NCBI GenBank assembly: GCA_002104905.1
Contig: MCFE01000188.1
Coordinates: forward strand, 73,537-137,536
Origin: Basidiobolus meristosporus CBS 931.73
Lineage: Eukaryota > Fungi > Basidiobolomycota
Direction: 5' to 3'
DNA length: 64,000 nucleotides
Positions 35,711 through 47,052 of this stretch are shown here, one piece after another. The translations under genes and the position numbers were made by a program. How positions within the stretch are numbered: the stretch's first letter is position 1; each line of letters starts with the position of its first letter. The notes beneath the pieces are model-generated. The model had not been told where the DNA came from. It saw nothing but the letters and a program-made list of their open reading frames with translations, and searched no databases.

Positions 35711-38700
35711 TGTTGAAATATTGGACTATTTGGTATCATTCAGCAGCTAAAAATTTACTTAACAATTCTAGGCTAGTCTTAGTCACTGTAGGACTCATTT
35801 ACTGCCTTAACTTTGCCACTTTCTCCAGATATATGATCTTATGATTATTCCCCTATAGTCAGGATCAAATTAGCACTATTACCAAACATTATGTACTAAC
35901 CCTGAAACTGTTACAGAATGCTCCTGAATATTGAGAAACCCTCCCTACTTAGTGTTGCAGCTGTATTACTTCTACAAAGGTATAAATACTGAGCTTCTTT
36001 GGGAATAAACAACAGTTCAACTATTATCACTATTTCTTGATAAGTTCCTTATATCCAAATCACTTCTTAAATTGCAACAGGTTATGAGCCCTGATTGCCT
36101 TAATCTATTCTAAAGATGACTTCTACCAGCAAACAAAGCAATACCAACATCTTCCCTGTAAAGGAGAGGTTTGATGGGAAGAACTACAGACTTTGGAGAA
36201 TCAAGATGCAGATCCACCTTGAGGAAAGAAAGCTTTGGAACATAGTAACAGGAAAGGAAGTTGAGCCCAAAGGAACAGCAGAAGATTTGGAGAAGTTTCA
36301 AGAGAAGGAGAGAAAGGCCTTCAAAGCAATATGCATCAATGTGCAAGACTCCTTCATTGGACAAATCCATGCCTCAAATACTGCCAAAGCAGCATGGGAA
36401 TCCTTGGAGAAGATCTTTAGAGCAAAGTCAGTATCAAGCAAGCTTTATTTGAAACAAAAGTTCTTCAACATGAGAAAAAAGCCAGATGATGACATGCTAC
36501 AACTCATTACCAGAATGGAGACACTTGCAGAAGAACTTTACAGTATTAATGCTGGTGTAGATGATGAAGAAAAGATACTCTGTCTGCTTTGCAGCCTACC
36601 AGACGAGTATGAGCCACTCATACTTTCTTTTGAAAGCAGAGAAGACAACTTGACTTTAGACTATGTCAAAGGAAGACTTTTCCATGAAGAACTCAGACGT
36701 AATGACCAAGCAGAGAAAATTGAAGATAATGCTTTATTCAGTTCAGAAAGGCATACAGAAAAGAAGGGAAAGCAACAAAACCGAAGAAAACCTGGCTGCT
36801 GTAACTACTGTAAGAAGCCAGGGCACTGGGCAAGAGAATGCAAGAAGAAGCAAGCAGACAAAAAACAGAAACTAGAGCAGGCAAACCATATAACTACTGA
36901 TGAACAGCTATTTGTCACTATACAAGAGAGTGCAAGTAACCAAAGTAATGAATGGTATATTGACTCTGGAGCATCACAGCGTATTTGTGGTATAAAGGAT
37001 TGGTTCAGCAACTTAAAGACTATTCCCATAAGAAAGGTTTATCTGGGAGATAACTCTGCATGGGAAGCTACCGCCAGTGGGTCCATACAACTAAATATGA
37101 GTGATAACTCAGGGGCAACAACAGCAAAACTGACTGACGTACTCTATGTACCTGGAATAGCTAAGAACCTACTCTCAGTCAGTAAAGCAACTACTCAGGG
37201 ACTGAAATTTGTTTTTACTAAGCTGAGCTGCTCAATATTGAGTGAAAATGGACAAAAATTAGCTTTGGGAATCAGAGATCACAATATATACAAGTTACAA
37301 TGCAACATCATTGTACCTGAGTATGTCAACATTGCTGAAACTGATGAAACCAACTGGGAGACGTGGCATAGGAGGCTAGGACACATAGGGGAACAGAAAA
37401 TGAGCCAATTGGTGAAAAATCAGCTTGTTTTGGGCCTAAAATACTCAATTCCAATCAAATTGAATGTTTGTAAGGGATGTTCATATGGCAAACAAGCTAG
37501 GCAACGTTTCAAGAGCTCAGAATGCATCAATACCACCGAAATATTGGCTATTGTACACTCAGACATATGTGGCCCCATGAGAACACTGTCCTTTGGAGCC
37601 AAGAGATACTTTATGACGTTTATTGATGACAAGACAAGATATACATGGGTGTACTTCCTCAAAACAATGGATGAAGCTTTAGAGACGTTTAAGCACTTCA
37701 AGAACATGGCAGAAACACAAACTGGGTGTAAATTGAAGGTACTACAAAGTGACAATGGAGGAGAATACTGCTCAAAGGAGTTTGCAAAATACTGCTTGTC
37801 TACTGGTATACTTCAACAGACCACAGTTCCTCATACTCCACAGCAAAATGGAGTAGCAGAACGTGCAAATAGAACAATAGTAGAGATGGGAAGATTTATG
37901 CTACATGATAAGGGAATGGACTACAAGTTTTGGGCTGAATCTGTTGCTACCACTGTATACATCAAGAACAGATGCCCAACAACAGCACTACGTGATTCTA
38001 CACCCTTTGAAGCATATACAGGCAAAAAACCAGATCTCCAGCACCTCAGGATCTTTGGCAGTGATGTTTTTTATCACATCCCTGACAAAAAATGCTCAAA
38101 GTTGGAACCAAAGAGTAGAAAAGGGATCTTTCTTGGGTATTGTGAAGATACTAAAGGGTATAGAGTGTATGATGGCAAAATTCAGAAGCTGATCAAGAGC
38201 AGGGACGTTGTATTTGAGGAGAATTCAGATCAGAAAGCCACAGAAATCATTGGCCAGCTGCCTGATGATGCAATCAACACAAATGAAGAAGATACGTACC
38301 AAATCCAGCCAGAGATGGAAGATACTTCTACCAGTTCCAGATCAGAACAGATTATCCCAGTTAGGAGATCTACCGGAATAAGAAATGCCCCTGGATCCTG
38401 GTGGCAGACATCCAATGATCATGAAGAAGCCTATCTTGCCTTATGTGCCAAACCTCAGAATCTGGAACAGGCAATGCAAGGTCCAGATGCTACTAAGTGG
38501 CAACAAGCCATGCAGGAGGAGTACCAATCACTGATCAAGGCAAAAACGTGGGAACTGGTAGATTTACCAAATGGGAGAAAGCCAATAGGATGTAGATGGG
38601 TCTACAAGATCAAGATAACCTCAAATGGTGCCGTTGATAAGTACAAGGCTAGATTGGTAGCTAAAGGCTATTCCCAGATCCAGGGGCTAGACTTTAAGGA

Positions 38701-40396
38701 AACATTTGCTCCGGTTGCCAAGTTTAACTCTATTAGGACAGTTCTAGCCCTGGCAGCTGTACACAGCCTAGATCTACACCAAATGGACGTCAAAACAGCC
38801 TTTCTAAATGAGGATTTGCAAGAAACTATATATATGGAGCAACCAGAAGGTTTTAGCAATCCAAAAAGCCCCCATAAGGTGTGCAAACTTAGAAAATTGT
38901 TGTATGGGCTTAAGCAGGCACCCAGAGCATGGTATAACAAGATTGACACATATCTAGAGGAAATTGGGTTCTCTCGTAGCACTGCAGATCACAGTATATA
39001 TGTGAAACAGCTCAAAAAGGGTGTGATCATCCTAGTTCTTTATGTGGACAACCTAATTATAGCTACAAGTGATCAAGAGGCACTTAAACAGACAAAATCA
39101 GATCTCTTCAGCAAGTTTGAGATGAAAGATCTTGGAAAATTGAGCTATTTTCTTGGAATTGAGGTCAAATTTGACATACCTACGCAGAAAATAGTGCTGA
39201 ATCAGTCTAAGTACATCAGGGACATTCTTAGACGCTTCAAAATGGAAAATTGCAAACCTGCAGCAACCCCTATGGACAATAACCTGAAATTAAGCAAATC
39301 TCAGCCAGTTATAGATGAAAACGGCTCAAATATGGACCAAAACTTTCCCTATCAATCAATGGTTGGTAGCCTAATGTACTTGATGGTGTCTTCACGTCCA
39401 GATATTGCAGTAGCAGTTGGAATAGTCAGTCAATTCATGCAGAATTATGGATCAGATCAAATTGCAGCAGTTAAGCGGATTTTCAGATATCTACAAGGTA
39501 CCATAAATATGGTACTGGAATACTCTGGAGCAGCTAATAGGCAAAAATTTGATGGTTATAGTGATTCAGATTGGGGTAGAGATTTGATTGACAGACGCTC
39601 CACCACAGGCTATGTATTTCTTTATGCTGGTGCAGCTATTACTTGGAATTGCAAGAAACAACCAACTGTGGCACTATCTACAACTGAAGCCGAATATATG
39701 GCTGCATGTCAAGCAATTAAGGAGGCTATATGGCTACGAAAATTATTCAAAGACTTAGGTTTTAATTCAGGTGAACCAACATGTATTTACAAGGATAATC
39801 AAAGTTGTATTTCATTAGCTAGAAATCCTACTAATCATGCCAGAACTAAGCACATTGATATACAGCATCACTTTGTGAGGGAAGCTGTAGAAAATAACTT
39901 AGTAGAGCTGGTTTACTGCCCAACTGACAAAATGGTGGCAGACATATTGACAAAACCACTAGCTAGGCCACAGTTTGAGATCCTTAGAGAGAAATTGGGA
40001 TTAAGAAATTATTTCGTTGAGGGGGAGTGTCGAAATATTGGACTATTTGGTATCATTCAGCAGCTAAAAATTTACTTACCAATTCTAGGCTAGTCTTAGT
40101 TACTGTAGGACTCATTTACTGCCTTAACTTTGCCACTTTCTCCAGATATATGATCTTATGATTATTCCCCTATAGTCAGGATCAAATTAGCACTATTACC
40201 AAACATTATGTACTAACCCTGAAACTGTTACAGAATGCTCCTGAATATTGAGAAACCCTCCCTACTTAGTGTTGTAGCTGTATTACTTCTACAAAGGTAT
40301 AAATACTGAGCTTCTTTGGGAATAAACAACAGTTCAACTATTATCACTATTTCTTGATAAGTTCCTTATATCCAAATCACTTCTTAAATTGCAACA
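35711..40396 (+). mobile_element. Young full-length Ty1/Copia element (Copia-B)
   Basis: 369-bp LTRs at 35711-36079 and 40028-40396 with 4 differences by hand. TSD AGAAC (35706-35710, 40397-40401). PBS 36080-36091, PPT GAGGGGGAG 40019-40027. Confidence 0.98.
36116..40093 (+). CDS. gag-pol: Copia Gag-Pol polyprotein, 1325 aa, uninterrupted but with RT YVDN
   Basis: CNYCKKPGHWAREC, WYIDSGAS, WHRRLGH..CKGC, HSDICGP/FIDD/SDNGGEY/QNGVAER, YKARLVAKG, HQMDVK, YVDN, YSDSDW, RTKHIDIQHHF. Confidence 0.95.
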   Translation: MTSTSKQSNTNIFPVKERFDGKNYRLWRIKMQIHLEERKLWNIVTGKEVEPKGTAEDLEKFQEKERKAFKAICINVQDSFIGQIHASNTAKAAWESLEKIFRAKSVSSKLYLKQKFFNMRKKPDDDMLQLITRMETLAEELYSINAGVDDEEKILCLLCSLPDEYEPLILSFESREDNLTLDYVKGRLFHEELRRNDQAEKIEDNALFSSERHTEKKGKQQNRRKPGCCNYCKKPGHWARECKKKQADKKQKLEQANHITTDEQLFVTIQESASNQSNEWYIDSGASQRICGIKDWFSNLKTIPIRKVYLGDNSAWEATASGSIQLNMSDNSGATTAKLTDVLYVPGIAKNLLSVSKATTQGLKFVFTKLSCSILSENGQKLALGIRDHNIYKLQCNIIVPEYVNIAETDETNWETWHRRLGHIGEQKMSQLVKNQLVLGLKYSIPIKLNVCKGCSYGKQARQRFKSSECINTTEILAIVHSDICGPMRTLSFGAKRYFMTFIDDKTRYTWVYFLKTMDEALETFKHFKNMAETQTGCKLKVLQSDNGGEYCSKEFAKYCLSTGILQQTTVPHTPQQNGVAERANRTIVEMGRFMLHDKGMDYKFWAESVATTVYIKNRCPTTALRDSTPFEAYTGKKPDLQHLRIFGSDVFYHIPDKKCSKLEPKSRKGIFLGYCEDTKGYRVYDGKIQKLIKSRDVVFEENSDQKATEIIGQLPDDAINTNEEDTYQIQPEMEDTSTSSRSEQIIPVRRSTGIRNAPGSWWQTSNDHEEAYLALCAKPQNLEQAMQGPDATKWQQAMQEEYQSLIKAKTWELVDLPNGRKPIGCRWVYKIKITSNGAVDKYKARLVAKGYSQIQGLDFKETFAPVAKFNSIRTVLALAAVHSLDLHQMDVKTAFLNEDLQETIYMEQPEGFSNPKSPHKVCKLRKLLYGLKQAPRAWYNKIDTYLEEIGFSRSTADHSIYVKQLKKGVIILVLYVDNLIIATSDQEALKQTKSDLFSKFEMKDLGKLSYFLGIEVKFDIPTQKIVLNQSKYIRDILRRFKMENCKPAATPMDNNLKLSKSQPVIDENGSNMDQNFPYQSMVGSLMYLMVSSRPDIAVAVGIVSQFMQNYGSDQIAAVKRIFRYLQGTINMVLEYSGAANRQKFDGYSDSDWGRDLIDRRSTTGYVFLYAGAAITWNCKKQPTVALSTTEAEYMAACQAIKEAIWLRKLFKDLGFNSGEPTCIYKDNQSCISLARNPTNHARTKHIDIQHHFVREAVENNLVELVYCPTDKMVADILTKPLARPQFEILREKLGLRNYFVEGECRNIGLFGIIQQLKIYLPILG

Positions 40397-43300
40397 AGAA
40401 CTGTCCTAGTGGATTTAAACTTGGCATCTGGAGCAAATGTTTTCTAGAGTCCAGTCCCCAGATCTGGGAATACCCATTAGCCACCAGTTGTGCCTTGTTC
40501 TTATCAACAGTGCCATCTGAGGTTATCTTGCTCTTGTAGACCTACCTACATCCTATTGGCTCTCTCCCATTCAGTATATCTAACAGTTCTAATGTTTTTG
40601 CCCTGATTAGTGATTGCCACTTCTCCGGCATGGCTTGTTGCTACATAGTACAACCTGGACTTTGCATTGCTTGTTCTAGATTCTGCTATGTGGTACATAA
40701 GGTAAGTGAAGCTTCTTCATGATCAGTGGATGTCTGCCAGCAGGATCTAGGGGCGTTTATCATTCTTGTAGATTTCCTAACTGGGATAATCCGCTCTTAT
40801 CAGGATCTGGTAGCAGTATCTTCTCTATCTGGCTGAATAAAGCACATACCTTCTTCATAAGTGTTGATTGCTTCATCAGGCAGCTGGCCAATGATTTCAG
40901 CAGCTTTCTGTTCTAAATTCCCCATCATATGCTCTATACCCCTTAGTATCCTCATAATACCCAAGAAACATCCCTTTCCTACTCTTTGGTTCCAACTTTA
41001 AGTGTTTTTTGTCAGAGATATGATAAACAACACTACTGCCAAAGATTCTGAGGTGCTGGAGGCCTGGATTATTGCCTGTGTATGCTTCAAAGGGTGTAGA
41101 ATTGGTAAGGGCTGATGTTGAGCATCTATTCTTGATGTTTACCACAGTAACAATGGATTCAGAGCAAAACCTGTAGTTTATTCCTTTATCATTTAGCATA
41201 GATTGTCCCATCTGTACTATTGTATTATTTGCTTATTCTACTACTCCACTTTGCTGTGGAGTATATGGATCTGAGGGCAGTCAAAGTATACTAGTGGATG
41301 AGCAGTATTCCCCTCCATGGCTATTTCAAAGTACTTTTAGTTTGCACCCAGTTTGAGTTTCTGTTATGTTCTTGAATTGCTTAAGCCTCTCTGAATCCTT
41401 TTCCATTATCTTGAAAAAGTATACCCATGCATATCTTGTCTTGTAATTAATATGCATCATTATGGATCTCTTGGCTCCAAGGGAAAGTGTTCTCATGGTT
41501 GGTGATGTCAATTCCTCCAGAGCTCCTGAAACAATGCCTAGCTTGCTCTCATATGAACATCCCTTACAGACACTCTATTTGACCAGAACTGAGTAGTTAT
41601 GGCCCAAAAGAAGTGTATTATTTGCCAAATGGCAGCAATGTTAACATATTCAGGAACAATCATTATGCACTGTAACTTGAATATATTGTAAAATCTGATT
41701 GCCAAAGCTATTTTTGTCCATCTTCACTCAATATTGAGCAACTCAGCCTAGCAAAAGCAAATTTTTGTCCCTGAGTAGTTGCTTCACTAACTGAGAGAAG
41801 TTTTTTAGCTACTCCATGCCCATGGAGTATGTCAGTCAGTTTTGCTGTTGTTGCTCTAGAGATATCACTGATATTTAGCTGTATTGACTCACTGGCAGTA
41901 GCTTCCAGTGCAGAGTTGTCTTCCAGATAGACCTTTCTCATGGAACAGTCTTTAAGTTGCTAAACTACTCCTTTATACCACTAGTATGCTGTGATGCCCC
42001 CAAGTCAATATACCAATCATTACTTTGATTACTTGCACTCTCTTGTACTTGCTGGCTCTAGGTTCTGTTTTTCATCTGCTTATTTCTTCTTACATTCCCT
42101 TGCCCAGTTTCCTGGCTTCCTAGAGTAGTAACAGTAACCAGGTTCTCTTTGGTTTTGTTGCTTTCCCTTCTTTTGTGTGCCTACTTAATCTGAATAAAGT
42201 ATTATCTTTGATTATCTCTGCTTGATCATTACATCTAACTTCTTAACAGAGAAGCCTTCCTCTGACATAGTCTAAAGCCAGATTGTCTTCTCTGCTTTTG
42301 GAAGAAAGTATGAGTGGCTCATACTTCTCTGGTAAGCTGCAAAGCAGATGGGGTATCTTTTCTTCATTATGTACACCAGCATTGATACTAAGAAGCTCTT
42401 CTGCAAGTGTCTCCACTGTAGTAATGAGTTGTAGAATGTCTTTGTCTGGCTTCCTACACATGTCAAACAACTTTTGTTTTAAATAAAGTTTGCTTAATAC
42501 TTCCCTTGCTCAAGAGATCTTCTCTAAGGATTCTCATGCTGTTTTGGCAGTATTTGAAGCATGAATTTGTTCAATGAAGGAATTTTCTTCATTGATGCAT
42601 ATGGCATTAAAGGCCTTTCTCTCCTTCTCATGAAACTTCTCCACTTCTGCTGCTGTTCATTTGGGCTCAATCTCTCTTCCTGTTACCATACTTCAAAGTT
42701 TTCTTTCCTTAACATGGATCTGAATCTTGATTTTCCAAAGTCTGTAATAATTCCTATCAATCCTCTCATTTATGGGGAAGATGTTAGTGTTATTCTGTTT
42801 GCTGGTGGAAGTCATATTTAGACAAGATTAAGGCAATGGGGTCATATTCTGTTGCAACTTGGGAAGTGATTTGGATATATAAAATCCATCAAGGAAGAGT
42901 GATAAAAGTTGAGCTATAGTTTATTTATGAAGAGGCTCAGTATTTATACCTTTGTAGAAGTAATGCAACTGTAAATTAAGTAAGGAGGGTTTCTCAATAT
43001 TCAGTAGCATACTGTAACAGCTTCCAGCTTAATGCAAAATGCTTGGTAAGAGTGTTAATTTGATCTTGACTATTGGGGAATAATCATAGTGTTGTAGATC
43101 TGAAATGCTGTGGCAAAGTCAGGTCTTCAAATGCGTCCAGCAGTTACTAAGACTAGTCCACATTTGTTAGGTAAGCTTTTAGCTACTGAATGATTCCAAA
43201 AATTACAATATCTCAACAGTTACTTTGATAAAATCTTGGAATTTCATTAGCTTCTTCAACATGCCTTGATTTTGACTCAAACTTTTGAATGTTCCTTTGC

Positions 43301-43702
43301 TATTTTTGTATCTTAGTGCAAGGCTTTTCTAGCTCATCAAGTGTTGCAAACTGTGCTTCTCTTTGGTACTCAGCCAAAGTAGCTTGTTGAGAAGTGCACC
43401 AGCTGTAGGTAGCACTAACAGATTTCTTTAATGGATCCTAACTTTGTGAGAATTTAATAACTTTAGCTTTACAGAGAAAAGGAAACAACTTGATTTTATT
43501 CTTGTGCATCAGCTCAATTGCTGCAGCTATATTGTTAAGTTCTTCTAGAAGCCCAATAATATTATCTCCTGAGAATCTTATGGGAATAGCACCCTTCAAG
43601 GTGGCTATTAACTCTGGGAGAGGTGTATCAGGCATTCTTCTTATGCTTCATGATGCTTGTATAGTGATATGCTCAAACTATCCAGGTCCTTCACCAAATT
43701 CT

Positions 43703-46700
43703 TGTTTTGTTGCACTACAATAAATCTGGGCTTGTGCTGCAATGTAGTAACAAGTTTGTTGTATAGAACAGCATCCAATGTTGCTAATACTGAAGTGGTT
43801 TAATAGTAGCATGATATGCCAATAAAAGATCCAACTTTGACTGATATTCTCAATCCTGGGCTCAAAATATACAGTAGGCAGTGTTTCCTATGTCCACAAC
43901 ATAGTACTGACCTTTGGCTATTATTGGCCCAACTAACATTTTTAGTAACTTTTACTTGTTTGGTAGTCCTTTTCCTCACTGTCCAGAGCAATTACATATC
44001 AGGGCATTCTGACCTCCTCCTAAACCTAAGGGGGCGTGGTAAAGGGGGCTTGAAAGGGGTGCCTAAAGGGGTGCCTAAAGAGTAAAGGGGCATCTTACAG
44101 TGGTCTCCAAAGTTGACCTTAAACTTAATGGATGCCTAAAGGGGCTTGTTTAGTGTAATGGGATTGTTAATGGCTTTTCTAAGGGGGGCATTAGACAAAG
44201 GGGGTGTCTTTAGAGTGCAGGTGCTTCTTACAGGGGACTAAGAGGACTCTTCCAACAGAGAGGTGGTGGTCTTCTTACACAACTTAAATTGGATTCTTGT
44301 GTGCTTTGCAGTGTCTTTACTGATACAGTAGTAACCTAAGTCCAAATACTCAACAGTGCAAGTGATGCAGTAGAAGTGTTGCAACTGGCAATCTTGTAAT
44401 TGTAGTGTGGAGATTTGGGAAAGAGAGGCTCCATGTTATTTTTCTGCTGGGGAAATTGTGAACTTGCAAAGCTGCAAAGCTTAAGAAAACCTAACTTTAG
44501 AAAAGAGTCTAATCTGCACACAGATGCTTCAGATTATACAATTGGTGGGGTGTTATGATATACTACTTGAACATTTACATTAGAGCAGCTCTTAGTCAAA
44601 TCATTTAATTATATTCTTAGCCTATCAGTATATCAATGTTACATATCAAATCAATAGTATTAGTCAGCAAATGAATCAGTAGATCCTTATCAGACTGAAA
44701 TAGATATATCAAGTAGGATCCAATTGGGTGATGATGATGCAATCAAATGAGTCATCAGCCACAAACTACATTACAAAATACAATTAGTCAGCAATTGATC
44801 TAGCAAAATGTATATAAGGAGCTGCTGGAACCTCAATAAAAATCAGTTCAAGTTTTGGTGAATACAATACTAGCTAAACTCACTATTATTCTACAACTCT
44901 TATATCAAGACTTGTAACATTGGTAGCAGCATTAATCAGAAACCTCCCATCTAAAGAAAGAAGAAGCCTCCCTCAAGATGTCCAAAAATCAAGATGGAAG
45001 AATGCTATGCTGCAAATCCTGGCCCAACAGCAACAGCTACTCCAGATCCTTAGCCAGCAGCAACAAGGAATGACTACCATGGTCCAAAGCCAGCAAACCC
45101 TGTCAAGAGCAACTTTAGTGTGAAGGTCAACTGGTACAGTGGTGGAGTCAATGCAAACCTGGGAGCTGGGCTCTTCCCAATTGAAGAAGCATTGAAGGCT
45201 AAGGGAATTGCTCCAGAAATCAAGTTATAATATGCAGCCTCTTACCTGGCAGATGCAGCTTTACAGTGGTACCGCAAGAAGATCAGGCCAGCCACCATGA
45301 TGGGATGCTCTACAATTTCTACCTGGGATGAGTTTGTGTTGGAAATTCAGGATGCTTTTAAACCTCCACACTAGCAGATATTACTAAGAAGAAAGTTGAA
45401 GACACTCAGACAGAGAGGAATGGTTCAAGAGTACATCTATGAATATAGATCTCTACTTGGACAAATTGAAAGAATGGACCTCCTGGATCAAGTGGAATAC
45501 ATTATTGATGTGTTGAAAGAAAGAACTCACAACAAAGTGAATTATCAAAGACCCCTGACTACTGAAGAAGCTATAAAGATTGTAATTTGACTATGACTCA
45601 GCTATGTTTGGAGCTGGGAAGCCCACAATGACTAATCAGTGAGGCTACAATCATTATGAAAGAAGACAATCAGAAGCAGTGCCAATGGAAATAGATGCTA
45701 TGCAGAAGAATCCTACCTTAAGGGTATTTAAGAAAGGACTTTGCTTCAATTGCCACCAGCAGGGACATATTGCAAAGTACTGCCCTCAGAGAAGAAATGG
45801 ACACCAGTCATCAAGAACCTTCAACCATATTGAAGCCCTTGAGCATATTAGCATGGTGGATGAGCTTGAAAACAACTCAGAACTCACCTTCCATGTGACA
45901 GTAGAATACTTATCACAGATGACCTCAAGCTCAGGAAAGCTATTATATTTGAATGGAGTAATCAATGGAGTACCTGCCAAGATCATGATTGACTTTGGAG
46001 CATCACATGAGTACATGTCAGAGCAATTTGCTCTGAAAGCTGGAATCAACTTGGAACCCACCAAATCAACTTTAGTCTCAACAGCTGATGGGAACTCTCA
46101 GATAATCAACCATATTACTCAGCCAATAAGGATGAAGATCAATGACTATGAAGAAGCCTACAGGCCTAAATATATGGGAAGTGCAAGTTTGACCTTGTTC
46201 TTGGAAATACCTGGCTATTTTGCTGTAATCCCTCAATCAACTGGAGAACCCATGCTACTCAGATCCAGAAGGACTACAAGACCTATGAGCGGTTACCTGC
46301 CAGACTGGATTTCCACTTGGTCAATTCCAATGTGTGTGAAACAAGTGAACTTACCAAACACAATATTTACAGCACTTAGAAAAGGCACCCAGATGTTCCT
46401 AATGGCAGTATTACAGGAGGATTCCTCTACTCCAGTACCCCAGAAGGTCCAGACTCTTTTGAAGGAAAATTCAGACATATATCTACATGAACTGGTAAGC
46501 CTACCACCAGTCAGAGATGTGGATCATACCATTGACGCTGTAGATAGCCCTTCAGTGAGTATGACACCTTACAGAATGCATCCATTGGAATTGGAAGAGA
46601 TGAAGAGACAAATATATCTGTTATTGGAGCAAGGATATATTGCACCCAGCAAGTCACCTTGAGGAGCACCAGTACTCTTTGAGACAAAGAAGGATGGAAC

Positions 46701-47052
46701 ACTTAGGATATGCATTGACTACAGTGCCCTCAATTCAGTTACCATGAAGAGTAAGTACCCCATACCTTGGATTGATGAGCTTTTAGACTAACTCAGTTGA
46801 GCCACTATATTCAGCAAGATTGACCTCATCTCAGGATACAACCAGATTAGGGTGAAGCCAGAAGACATCCCCAAGACAGCATTCAGGACCAGATGTGGAC
46901 ATTGCAAGTACTTAGTCATGAGTTTTGGCCTCACCAATGCTCCTGCAATGTTCATGACCCTGATAAAGACTGTCTTCCTGGAGTACTTAGACACGTTTGT
47001 GATAATCTACCTAGATGACATATTGATATAGAGCAAGACAGAAGAGGAACAC
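43703..47052 (+). mobile_element. Decayed Ty3/Gypsy element: LTR-like 5' end, gag, PR and RT up to YLDD
   Basis: 43703-44460 is homologous to the 49217 LTR. PMEIDAMQ, CFNCHQQGHIAKYC, MIDFGAS (dead PR site), [31 protein letters not shown]. Confidence 0.85.

Larger units (their letters stand above)
34901..43218 (-). mobile_element. Old Copia-B element (antisense), split by the young Copia-B
   Basis: 5' LTR 42850-43218 and 3' LTR ~34901-35253. Flanks GTTTC/GTTAC. RT frame ..RTVLALAAVH.. rejoins across the AGAAC TSD. About 0.85 kb of RT is deleted near 35590. Confidence 0.85.

Noticed and set aside
43220-43635. Minus-strand gag-like fragment (FSGDNI..LEEL)
   Set aside because: Only a vague resemblance, with no diagnostic motif or associated termini.
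43703-44764. CAGCCACA at 44764 as the 3' end of the Gypsy 5' LTR
   Set aside because: The length would fit, but sequence after ~44460 does not match the 49217 LTR and no PBS is recognisable.
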